A stretch of 64,000 nt of DNA from Octopus sinensis (lineage: Eukaryota): positions 103,664,001 to 103,728,000 of the forward strand of contig NC_043001.1 of the NCBI RefSeq assembly GCF_006345805.1, in the 5' to 3' direction. The stretch's first letter is position 1. The number at the start of each line of letters is the position of its first letter. The translations under genes and the position numbers were made by a program. This document shows positions 52,396-64,000 of the stretch, in pieces. Below the pieces are notes generated by a model. That model saw only the letters and a program-made list of their open reading frames with translations. It had not been told where the DNA came from and did not search any database.

Positions 52396-52646
52396 TATCC
52401 AATAATCTTTTACTAGTTTCATATTGTCGCTTTGTTTTCTCTCCGTGTTGATATATAGACAATTAAGGTGGTTTTAGAGTCAGATCATGGCTGCTATTTT
52501 TAGCATGGTGGTATCTCGTAGATACCCTAATTTATAATTTTAATAATTATTACCATTGAAGGTTATTTTTTCCATGCTGACCACTTGATAAAATCGTTAT
52601 TTTACTTTTATATTAACGATCTTTTCCTTATTTACATAAATCTAAA

Positions 52647-52682
<36 letters not shown>

Positions 52683-52732
52683 GGAAAAAAGTCAAGATAG
52701 AAAATGCTAAAATAATTTTATAAAAAACATTT

Positions 52733-52767
52733 CAGTACCGGTTTCAGTCATTAAGACTTTTCAACTG
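52733..52767 (-). ncRNA. Minimal hammerhead-like motif with U3-A8 core
   Basis: CAG-UUGAAAA-GUC(UUAAU)GAC-U-GAAAC-CG-GUA/CUG. Confidence 0.55.
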
Positions 52768-52914
52768 TCACAATTAGATTTAGAAAAATTAAAAGAAAAG
52801 TTTTTTTAAAAGAATATTAGTATAGGGTTCAAATACAAGTGGCATTTTTCTTGTTTCTGCCTGTCTCTGTCTCTCTTGTTTACTCTTGTGAGTTATGTGT
52901 GTGTGTTTCACAAC

Positions 52915-53215
52915 ACATAAATACACAGCAACACAATTTCTTTTTCTTAACAGGCTCTGCCCTATTTAGCAATGTCCCGGAAAAGATGAAAGAGGAAAGG
53001 ATCCCATCACCTTTAAATGGAATCCGGACAAATTTCTTCACGGAATACCAGCTAAGCCACCTATACCTGGATAAAACTCACTCAACAAGAAGTCCCTACT
53101 CGAATGGATGATGATACCCCAAAACTTGTCTTAAAAAGGATTTAGATAATCCTGTCAGGTGGTGCTATTAAGTTAGACGTGGCCTGGACCAATCTTTGGT
53201 CGAAACATATTCATG
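52915..53215 (+). mobile_element. CR1-group LINE 3' end
   Basis: HNFFFLTGSALFSNVPEKMKEE then (frameshift) FKWNPDKFLHGIPAKPPIPG*NSLNKKSLLEW, resembling a CR1-group ORF2 C-terminus; tail aggtggtgct..tggcctggaccaatctttggtcgaaac. Confidence 0.7.
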
Positions 53216-53331
53216 TTTATCTAAGTTTATATATGTATATATGTGTGTCTGTGAATATATATATATATATGTGTGTGTGTATGTATATATGTATCTATCT
53301 ATCTATCTATCTATTTATCTATCTAGCTACA

Positions 53332-53382
<51 letters not shown>

Positions 53383-53608
53383 TATATCTATATATATATA
53401 CACAAAAAGTATGGGGGGTTAGTTCACAGGTGATCTAAACAATTAAGTACGTTAGGTAAGTGCTGTAACGGATTACTAGAGCTACAAGGTTATAGCCTAG
53501 ACGGTAGTTATGGAGCCATTACAGATTTCCGATACAGCGAATATATAATTGTTAAAGAGGACAACAAACGTTAAGGCAAAGCAAACATCTGCGAAGCAAA
53601 GCAAACAT

Positions 53609-54020
53609 AGGCGCAGGAGTGGCTGTGTGGTAAGTAGCTTGCTTACAAACCACATGGTTCCGGGTTCAGTCCCACTGCGTGGCATCTTGGGCAAGTGTCT
53701 TCTGCTATAGCCTCGGGCCGACCAATGCCTTGTGAGTGGATTTGGTAGACGGAAACTGAAAGAAGCCTGTCGTATATATGTATATATATATATATGTATG
53801 TGTGTGTGCTTGTGTGTCTGTGTTTGTCCTCCTAGCATTGCTTGACAACCGATGCTGGTGTGTTTACGTCCCCGTCACTTAGTGTTTCGGCAAAAGAGAC
53901 CGATAGAAAAATTACTAGGCTTACAAGGAATAAGTCCTGGGGTCGATTTGCTCGACTAAAGGCGGTGCTCCAGCATGGCCACAGTCAAATGACTGAAAAA
54001 ATAAAAGAGTAAAAGAGTAA
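53609..54020 (+). mobile_element. SINE family A, full length, inserted into a minus-strand pLTR-like copy (53548-53590 plus 54019-54090)
   Basis: Complete head-to-tail match; the flanks rejoin to match 47866-47980. Confidence 0.92.
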
Positions 54021-54162
54021 GTCATGTACATTATTATTATTGGAAAAAATTCAAAGTCGTACACCTATTTCTGGGATATTTCAGAGTAAATTTGTCATGA
54101 GAGACAATTTGTCATGAGAGACAAATTAGGAAAATTAGAAGGGTATAGATTTTTCCCTATTT

Positions 54163-54218
54163 GTCTCTGATGACGGAACATCCCATACTCTAGGGTATCC
54201 CAGAAACAGCTGTAAGAC
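54163..54218 (+). ncRNA. Type I hammerhead ribozyme motif, canonical core, at the start of a pLTR-like unit (54163-54298)
   Basis: GUCU-CUGAUGA-CGGAACAUCCCAUACUCUAGGGUAUCCCA-GAAAC-AGCU-GUA/AGAC; palindromic ACAGCUGU helix III; predicted cleavage after 54214. Confidence 0.72.
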
Positions 54219-54305
54219 TTTGAATTTTTCCAGTAATAATAATGTATATGACTTGAACTGATTGCTTTGCCTCAACCTTTGTTGCCCTCTTTAACAGTAC
54301 ATATC

Positions 54306-54365
<60 letters not shown>

Positions 54366-54659
54366 AAACTTCACATACACACACATACATCAGCCATTAT
54401 GCTGTTAAGAGAGTCTCTGTTTGACAGGTGGATATTTTCGATGCCAACATTAGATAATTCGTCTTTTTCCTACATTTTTGCATTTTTTTTGTTTTGTTTA
54501 TTTTCCCCTTCTTTTCTTGTTTCCATATCTCTATTTCTGTTTGTTTAGTATTTGGATAATTAGGATGATCCTAAATGTCACACTAAATTATCTTTCCATC
54601 CTCTTTTCATCAGGCTGTTACCATCTTTTTTTTAAAATTACATCGATAATATTATAACT

Positions 54660-54698
54660 ATCAACATTATAATCATCATCATCACAACCAACATATTG

Positions 54699-54729
<31 letters not shown>

Positions 54730-54783
54730 CCATTATCATAATCATCATCATCATCATCATCACCGTCATCATCATCATCACCG

Positions 54784-54826
<43 letters not shown>

Positions 54827-55010
54827 AACCATCATCATCATCATCATCATTGTTATCATCATCATCATCACCATCTTCATCATCATCATCATGATCATCA
54901 TCGTCGTCATGGTCATCGTCATCGTCATCATCATCATCATCATCCTTATCATCATCATTGCCATCATCATCCTCATCATCTTTGCCATCCACATCAGCAT
55001 CAACGTGATC
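54660..55010. repeat. (CAT)n trinucleotide tract
   Basis: Direct reading; source of the poly-D/M/I ORFs. Confidence 0.95.
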
Positions 55011-55074
55011 ATCTTCCAGATTTCTCTATGCTTAAAGGTTGATTAGTCTTATGGTTCTGTATATATTTCCATCT

Positions 55075-55310
55075 TTATCTTTTCATTGTTTCAGTCATTG
55101 GACCGCGGCCATACCGGAGCACTGCTTTGACGGTTTTAGTCAAACAATTTTTGGTATTATTCCTTTGCTCTCCTTTGTTTGAACCGCCAAGTTGAAACAT
55201 GGAACAACATTGGTTATCAAGCACTGGTGAGGGACAAATACAAGCAAAAAAACACACACGCAGACACACACCATACACAGTACGGGTTTCTTTCAATTTC
55301 CAGTTATTAT
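55075..55310 (-). mobile_element. SINE family A, degenerate
   Basis: gtttcagtcattggaccgcggccataccggagcactgc..ggttatcaagc. Confidence 0.75.
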
Positions 55311-55700
55311 ATTGTACATCAGTGCGTGTGTGGAAAAGCCATTTCCGGCCCTCAAAAATCAAATAATGCAGAAATATCAAAAGGTTTAATGCAAAATTTG
55401 ACTTGATAGACTGACATTACCAACAGCGAGGGGCGAATTCTTGCATCCAGGGGCCACTGATAATGATCTCAGTCTATAAGTGGCAAAGTGGTGAAGTCAT
55501 TAGAGCGTCAGACAGGTTACCTTGTGCTAGTTGTTCTAGATTTCTACCCTCCGTGATCGAAAACTGTCGAGGTCGATTTTGCCTTTTATTCTTGAGGGGT
55601 CACTTAAACGAGTTCTAATTCAATGCTACTCTTTCTAATATGTTCAGGAACCACCTTTAAGCTTCTTTTTTAGCTCGTACTGAACTGATTATTTTTTGTA

Positions 55701-56302
55701 AAGGCGACGACCTGCCAGAATCGTAAGAATGTCGAGGAAAAATGCTTAGGGGTATTTCGTCCGCCTTTACATTGTGAGGTCAAATTCCGCCAACGTCGAG
55801 TTTGCCTTTAGTCCTTCCGGGGTCGGATCTAATCGACTAGCCACCCCACTCCCAATAATTTCAGGATTTGTGCCTATTGTAGAAAGGATTATTACTGTTA
55901 TTTGTATATTCTTTTCTACTCCAGACACAAAACCCGAAATTTGGAGGGGGAGGGGTCCAGTCGATAAGATGGACTCCAGTACGCAAGTGGTACTTAATTT
56001 ATCAACCACGAAAGGATGAAAGGCAAAGTCGACGTCGGAGGAATTTCAACTCAGAATAAACAAAGACAGAAGAAATACTGCCAAGCATTTCGCCCGGCGC
56101 GCTAACGTTTCTGCCAGCTCGCCGCCTTAAAAATATTCTTTTCTACTCTAGGCACAATGTCCGAAATGTGGAAGAGGGGGCCAGTCGATTAGATCGACCT
56201 CAGTACGCAACTGGTACTTAATTTATCGACCCCGGAAGGAGTTAAAGGCAAAATCGGCGGAATTTCAACTTAGAACATATAAAGACAGACGTGCTCGCCG
56301 CT
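55701..56302. mobile_element. Cluster of three family B SINEs: 55701-55890 (+), 55908-56128 (-), 56133-56302 (-)
   Basis: Consensus motifs in both orientations. Confidence 0.85.
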
Positions 56303-57246
56303 ATATTGTTACTTTTATATCAACTCGGCAAGTTTGTAGAATCATCCGCGCACAGGACAAAATAGTGGGATTTCTTTCAACTCTTTACAGTCTCATTTCA
56401 AATTACTTAGAGGCTGACTTTACCTTTCATCCTTCGAGATCGATAAAATAAATACCAGTTTAGCATTGGGGACGATATAATCAACTACTCCCATACACCT
56501 AAATTTGCTGGCCTTGTCTCAAAACTTGAAACCGTTCCTATTTGTAAACCGATCACTTGTGGAACGAATATCTAAACCCTGTGCTTTGAGGTCTGCTCTA
56601 AAATAGCAACAAACCTTTGCGTATATTTATTCATTTCCTAGAAATTAATGTTATTTTATTTCCTAAATCTCCTCGATCAGGTAACCAAGGTTTTCAATAT
56701 TACTAATTGTCACCAGAATTTGCTAATTATTTCCAACACTGAACCAATTGTTAATTCACAAATTAGAGTGGGAGAGGTTATTGGTCGCATTTCCTTATTT
56801 AATTACAATTGTAATTACTACTGATAATTTATTTATGAAATGATTATCAGTTCTTTTGATAATTAACGTAGAGCTACATTGGTATCGCAACACCAAGACT
56901 CTGTCTATGAGACACTAATCTAAAGTAGCGGGTGGTCGCGCGTTTAGACGTCTACACAAAACATTTTCTGTTGAAAACGCTACAGGGTTGCTCGCCTTTC
57001 ATCGTCGCTGACCTCTTTGTTAAATCGACTGCCACCGCAATGCGATGTCCACCGTCCATTTGGGTTCCAGAATTTTTTAATATCGTACACAAATCTGACA
57101 GATATGTCCAAAAATATAGTTGGAAACAGTTATGCAACAGCGATGCTGGTCTATAAATGGCCCAAAGCCGTTAAACGGGAAACAAATAGATGCTTACAAA
57201 CTACAAAAGCTGCAGGTCGTACGTAACGTTAACCTTCTCGCCTGAT

Positions 57247-57342
<96 letters not shown>

Positions 57343-58318
57343 TGCCAAATAATCATTTATTCACCAAAAGTGTGTCTCGAATTTACTCTTTTCCCCGAGC
57401 TCGTTTAACGAGTTTCACAGTTAAATCACTGGCGACATGCCTATGCAACAGTTTACACACACACACATGTAATATAATTCATGTGTGTGTGCGTGCGTTT
57501 ATTTGTATGTTGTATGAGTCATTTCCAGACATAAGAAAAAGGCGGAATGTTTATGGAAAGAAAGGAAGCTTGTCACAGACTCAGCTCACGCGAAAGCTAC
57601 CTTTCATTTACTTCGCGACACAATCCCATCAGTCATTTTGCTAATGGGTCGATTAGACTAAATCCATTTCAGGGCTGATTAAATGTGCCGACTGCACCAT
57701 TAGCAAAAATATTGAAGTCAACATAATGTGTCAATCTTAATGAAACCGGAACATTTCCATGTAATTATCAATTATCGGATTTGAAATTTTCTAATGACTA
57801 ATAGCATTCGGAGTAAATTCAGATTTTAAAACGATAATAATGATGCTAGCCTCGCTCGAATTAGTCTCGTTTCTCCGTGGTTTGAGCATGATTAATAATA
57901 CATTTCAAGGTTCCATTTACACGAACGAAGACAGAGAAAACAGTATTTGTTCTCTGGTTCAGAAATGAATTCGGACCGTCATACCGGATATTTGTTTCCA
58001 ATCAGTTCTTTTTTTCTTTTCTTTTCTATTTTTTTTTACATCGGTATTTGATGTCTCTAACTAAGATAATACCATTTCGTCAATGATGGACGTTGGGTGG
58101 TGATTACAGATTCCATGACTCAGCTAAAACCGTTCTGTTTCTTCAGGAAAGGTTTGTAAAGGATTGCTGATGCTCTGTACATTCCTACCTGGCTCTAACA
58201 CAACATTAGAGACCGATGTAATTGTAGATCGAACTATTTGATCATTACTTGTTCCGTGCAATGAAATTTCAGAATTCCAGGTGATACATAATCGCTAAAC
58301 ATTCTGAATTCAAAAACA

Positions 58319-58374
<56 letters not shown>

Positions 58375-59329
58375 AGGAATAGCCACCAAGGTGGATTCCT
58401 AAAATGCTAGAAGAATACGCTAAAACGCCCTACCATGAAGAATATGTTCTCAAAAAATGTTTAGCAAACGCCAGAATGTATGCGAGCAAGACAAATGAAA
58501 GGAGACAAATTAGAACAATTAACTTGATATCTGAAGCGTATGGTAGATCCAGTTACGATCGGAATTCTCTGTCCCATCAAATAGGTATTTAGGCTAAATC
58601 CGTTGTTGCTGTGTAACCCTAGGTAAACATTACTCTCTAACAATCTTTGGCTAAAAGCTGTTTCAGGCGTGACCATCCCAAATCTTTCCTTTTTTAATTT
58701 TGTATCTAAAACTACATCATTCAACGTCCGCTTCTTTATTTATGGTCATAACTTGTAATCGGGGGCAGATTTGGTGGCAATTCCTGAAATGCATTACGAC
58801 GAAGTCGAGGAATCGTTGCTGGATTGTTATTTGACTGGGATTGGTTACGTTACTATTCCTTTGGCTTTCATTCTTTTGGGGCCATTAAAAGAAATAACAG
58901 TTCAGCTTTAGGGTCACTGTATTGTTAAGCATTCGTCTTAAAATGAAATCTGCCCTGTAGTTTCTCAAAACGTTTCGCTGCGTTTACCTCCAATTAAATT
59001 AGAACATACCTAGGATAGCAAAAGTAAACACACAATTCTTCCTGAAATAATACGGTTTCCTGAAGATAATTAGATGAGACTTTGACGACTATGGTGAATA
59101 TTATATACTAGACATTATCAATGCACGGTCTGCTGGTCGCTGGATTTAAATTTCTACCTAAATCAAACAAACATACCTTTGTCGGTGTTGCATCTCGGCA
59201 TGGTAACGACCGATCATGCCTGTCCCATTAGAGCAGCTGGAAATATTTGGCATTGATCTACTTCACATTGATATGATAGGGAACGGGGTACTTTGGTTCA
59301 TCTGTTAAATCTTACCAGTCTTAGACTAC

Positions 59330-59702
59330 GGCACTCCGTCGGTTACAACGACGAAGGTTCCAGTTGATCCAATCAACGGAACAGCCTGCTCGTGAAATTA
59401 TCGTGCAAGTGGCCGAGAACTGCACAGTCACGTGAACCCTTAATGTAATTCTCGGGGAGATTCAACGTGACACACAGTGTGACAAGGCTGTCTCCCTTTG
59501 AAATACATGTACAACAGAAACAGGAAGAAAGAGTGAGAGAAAGTTGTGGTGAAAGAGTACATCAGGGTTCGTCTCCTGACGGAGCCTCGTGAAGCTTTAG
59601 GTGTTTTCGCTCAATAAACACTCACAACGCCCGGTCTGGGAATCGAAACCGCCATCTTATGACAGCGAGTCCGCTCCCTAACCACTTGGCCATTGCGCCT
59701 CC
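59330..59702 (-). mobile_element. SINE with family D head and family C tail
   Basis: Same architecture as 40689-41063. Confidence 0.9.
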
Positions 59703-59951
59703 ACACTTGTCTTATAGGTTATTTATGTTTGGTGAAGCATTGATCTATCGATCGCAACGTCGTTGCTTTCATTGCTTCTTTGTGGCTTTGCTTTTATTTT
59801 ACGGCAGGAAATTCATGTTTGAATGTTTCATATCAGAATATAAAAAACATACCACACACACGCACATATAATCTAAACAAACACGCCACGCACATATGTA
59901 CGCATACATACGTGTATATACATGCATACACACATATTTCCATACATACAG

Positions 59952-59984
<33 letters not shown>

Positions 59985-60084
59985 CGTTCGATTATGTATG
60001 TGAGTGTGTGTGTGTGAGTGTGTGTGTGTGTGTGTGCAGATATAGACATATCTACATAAACATGTATATGTAAACACACACACA

Positions 60085-60138
<54 letters not shown>

Positions 60139-60489
60139 TACAGCATTAGAGTGGTTTAGCTCTTATTTCTAGCAATGTAAGTATTTCCTAACACCCTAGT
60201 CACATTTAGTGACATTTGTAATTCTCCTTTCTGGTGAAACACTGCAAACAGACTTGATATGGGGTTACACAACAACAATACCAACGAATTATCAGAAAAT
60301 AGAATTGGTGGTAAGTATAAAATGCAAATGATTTAAAAAAAATTTAAATGAGAAAATTATAATTCTCTCATTTACCCAAATATGTAATTGCTACTAAAAT
60401 TACACCGCAAGATCAAGGTTTCGAAATCGGCATAGAAGCTTTTGGGTCGTACTCCATTCATGTACTTTGTATTACCATCTTCTATTTTC

Positions 60490-60690
60490 TGTCATCTTTC
60501 ACTTGTTTCACTCATTGAACTCTGACCCTGCTGGGGTTCTGCCTTGTTATTCGAACGTCTCCACTCTTAGAACTTATTTCGTCGTTTCAAGTTCCGTAAT
60601 TACTCTATCGATTTCTTTTTGTCGAAGCCGAACCGATAAGTTATGGAGACGGGACCTAAGCAAAGAAGCAGCGATTGACAAGCGGTGAGA
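60490..60690 (-). mobile_element. Highly degenerate SINE family A
   Basis: cttgtttcactcattgaactctgaccctgctgg..ctctatcgatttctttttg..gacaagcggtg. Confidence 0.5.
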
Positions 60691-60763
60691 AGAAACACAA
60701 AGACAAAGTCACACACATATAACCATATATATATATATATATATAATATATATATAATATATA

Positions 60764-60828
<65 letters not shown>

Positions 60829-60835
60829 TATATAC

Positions 60836-60887
<52 letters not shown>

Positions 60888-60889
60888 TA

Positions 60890-60934
<45 letters not shown>

Positions 60935-60938
60935 CATA

Positions 60939-60972
<34 letters not shown>

Positions 60973-61159
60973 TCATATAGGGTAGCAGAATTTTAGAAAT
61001 TCACTACCAGTGGCCTAGCATGTATAGAATGTCAATAGACAATATATTTTCTATATAAAATTAGTGTACATTTAAACACAAAAGAGGCGACCCGTAACAG
61101 GCAGCCTTACTTGCTAGAAGGTAAAAGTTTTTATTTTTCATTCCCTTTGTGTATATATA

Positions 61160-61310
61160 TGGGAGGCTTCTTTCATTAGTTTCCGTTAACAAATCTACTC
61201 GGAAGGGTTTGGTCGACCCGAAGGTTTATTCAGAGACACTTGTTCAAGCTTCAACACAGTAAGGGGCTGAGTCCAGAACCGTCTGGTCGAGAAGCTAACT
61301 TCTTACTACA
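61160..61310 (-). mobile_element. Degenerate SINE family A head
   Basis: ggcttctttcattagtttccgtt..aaatctactc..gacacttgttcaag..ccagaacc..aacttcttac. Confidence 0.6.
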
Positions 61311-62328
61311 ACAAATACTGAACAGTTTACACAAATATTTCGTTGTTGTTATTCTACTTGCTGTCCAACCTCAGACCTGGTCCATTTAAGTTGACCTAGG
61401 GTTAAAAGCAATCCAGTAATGATCATTTGTTTTCTTAGGTAAGGAAACTGATTTTCTAATTCTTTCTGAGCATAAAATGGAGTGAAATGTATCTGAGGCG
61501 AACATGCGTCCAAATAGGTTTATCTCATTATCAAGAATTAGCAGCTAATCCTGCACCATATAATTATATCAAAATTTAACCCTCAAAACAAGACTTAATT
61601 GTAACTGTACCAGAATAGTTATCATTTGAAATAGTGTTTAGGCTAAAATGTCCCCAGGGAAGTCCCCCATATTCCATGGGAGTTGTAGCTTCATTAAATG
61701 AGCAACAGCGATTACAATATCAAAGATTTAATGATTTCTTAATTCCACTGTTCACTGTATTTAATTCACATGTAAACATACGCTTCAAACACTCGGAGTA
61801 GAGATTCAAAAAATAATTCCATTAGCTTCAAATATTTCTGATTCATTTCAATTCAAAAAATAAATTACCAGATTTAATCATTTACAGAAATCGAAAGACT
61901 TTTACGAGTGTCAATTTTATTCAATAACAGAGATTAACTTCTTTTTCTGTTGTATTAATCAGCTACGAGATAAATCACCCCTGGAAGGCCAACACTCTCG
62001 TTGTATTTTTAGAAACGTCTGCCCAAAATAGAAATATCAGTCCTGGCAATACCTGATAATCTCTCAGTGACAACTCAGGAGAAAAGTTTACATAACTCGA
62101 AAGGTAATCCACCACAACGCACATATACCGACAGCGCCATCTCAGAAAAGCATATCGCTAGTTGACAAAACATCGTTCACCAACAAGCTATAGACCCTTC
62201 AAGTACTTCTACAACTGTCTTAGGTCATTTCAGTATATAAACTATAAACAACTGACTGAAAAGACGAGAGAAAGCAAAAAGTCCCCATCCTCGTCAACCC
62301 AACACAGATAAGCGCGTGCGTATAAATC

Positions 62329-63072
62329 AAGGCGGCGAGCTGGCAGAAACGTTAGCACGCAGGGCGAAATGCTTAGCGGTATTTCGTCTGCCGTTACGTT
62401 GTGAGTTCAACTTCTGCCGAGGTCGACTTTGCCTTTCATCCTTTCGGGGTCGATTAAATAAGTACCAGTTACGCACTGGGGTCGATGTAATCGACTTAAT
62501 CCGTTTGTCTGTCCTTGTTTGTCCTCTCTGTGCTTAGCCCCTTGTGGGCAGTAGAGAAATAGGTATTTCGTCTGCCGTTACGTTGTGAGTTCAACTTCTG
62601 CCGAGGTCGACTTTGCCTTTCATCCTTTCGGGGTCGATTAAATAAGTACCAGTTACGCACTGGGGTCGATGTAATCGACTTAATCCGTTTGTCTGTCCTT
62701 GTTTGTCCTCTCTGTGCTTAGCCCCTTGTGGGCAGTAGAGAAATAGGTATTTCGTCTGCCGTTACGTCGTGAGTTCAAATTCCGCCGAGGTCGACTTTGC
62801 CTTTCATCCTTTCGGGGTCGATTAAATAAGTACCGGATACGCACTGGGGTCGATGTAATCGACTTAATCCGTGTGTCTGTCCTTGTTTGTCCTCTCTGTG
62901 TTAGCCCCTTGTGAGCAGTAAAGAATAGGTATTTCGTCTGTTTTTACGTTCTGAGTTCAAATTCTGCCGAGGTTTACTATGCCTTTCATCCTCTTGGGGT
63001 CGATAAATTAAGTAGCAGTTGCGTAGTGGGGTAGATCTAAAATTTGGGGCCTTGTGCCGAGATAGAAAAGTA
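62329..63072 (+). mobile_element. SINE family B with four tandem ~184-bp body units
   Basis: Units start at 62381, 62565, 62749 and 62931; the first two are essentially identical. Confidence 0.93.
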
Positions 63073-64000
63073 TAAATTAACGTGCATACATAAGTACCAA
63101 AACGTATGCATACTTTTTTCCATGTATATGTGCGCATACATACTTACGCACATATACACATACATGCATACATGTACATACACATACATGCATACATGTA
63201 CATACACATACATGCATACATGTACATACACATACATATATTTTGCAGCGTTGACCAAAATGCCTTGTAATATTTATTCCAGTCCATTAGCGTTTTGATT
63301 TCGAATCTATCTGAAGTCAACTTTGTCTTTTTTTCGTTCCATGACTGACAAAAGCTTTAGTAGTATGCGGTGAACCATCGAAATTACTGGAACGATCAAC
63401 CAGTTCCGTTTACAAAACCCCAACGGAGCAGAGTTAGTCAATTAAATCGACTCCATTAATTGATGTTTACTTATTTCATCACGTCCACATGGATGAAAAG
63501 CACCGTTGATTTCAGCGCCATTTGAACCCAGAGCGTAATGACTCAGTTACAAATATAGCAAGCATCTGTGACAACGTTTAAACGCCTTTTTGTATCAATC
63601 ACTCTGGAATGCAAATAAGATAATAAAAAAAAATGGAAGCAATATAAAAACAATTACACCGTATAGAAATACGTCCATTTCTTTCAACAAAACATCCTAT
63701 GCGTTTCGCCATAAAAGATATTATTTTTCTTTCTTACACAACTTTCAATAATTATTATCTCTCATTGCCTCTCATTAATTCATTCCGTATTTTAGAATCT
63801 GAATGAAAGAGGAAACCAATTTTACGAAGTATGTAATGTTGTCAGCACAAAATTGATGTCGCTGACTGTGTGTCTTTCAATGCGAATTCGTATCACTAGA
63901 GGCATCTCTTCTCTTTGTCCCGCCCATAATTTCATGTTTACTTCGTATATATGTTGGATTTTTCTGCCTCCAATTTTTCTGCCTCTCACTTGATAACAAT

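Noticed and set aside
53975-54005. SINE A tail hairpin agtc/gact-gaaa as a hammerhead half
   Set aside because: No upstream core; better explained as a LINE-derived 3' recognition stem-loop.
58147-58280. Plus-strand exon candidate with a strong acceptor
   Set aside because: Stops in all three frames before the CAG|GTGATA donor.

Overview
AT-rich, microsatellite-saturated eukaryotic DNA. The SINE families and repeat content look like a coleoid cephalopod, probably Octopus (recognised from memory, no database search). I find no confident host protein-coding gene, rRNA, tRNA gene or CRISPR array, and most ORFs in the supplied track are translated microsatellites. The window contains at least five tRNA-derived SINE families, a split RLE-type (R4/Dong-like) non-LTR retrotransposon, CR1-group LINE fragments, three Tc1/mariner/pogo-type MITEs and a Helentron-associated element. 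The main unannotated signal is about ten type I hammerhead-ribozyme motifs plus several relics, from several unrelated short repeat families of the kind seen in Penelope-like element pLTRs. Three keep the canonical core (23935-24050, 52338-52395, 54163-54218), and the first of these has an 87-nt helix II. Three carry a recurrent CCGANGA (U4C) core and two carry the compensatory U3-A8 core. Many sit inside short-spacer inverted duplications that would make long dsRNA. All folding was done by eye and activity is untested.
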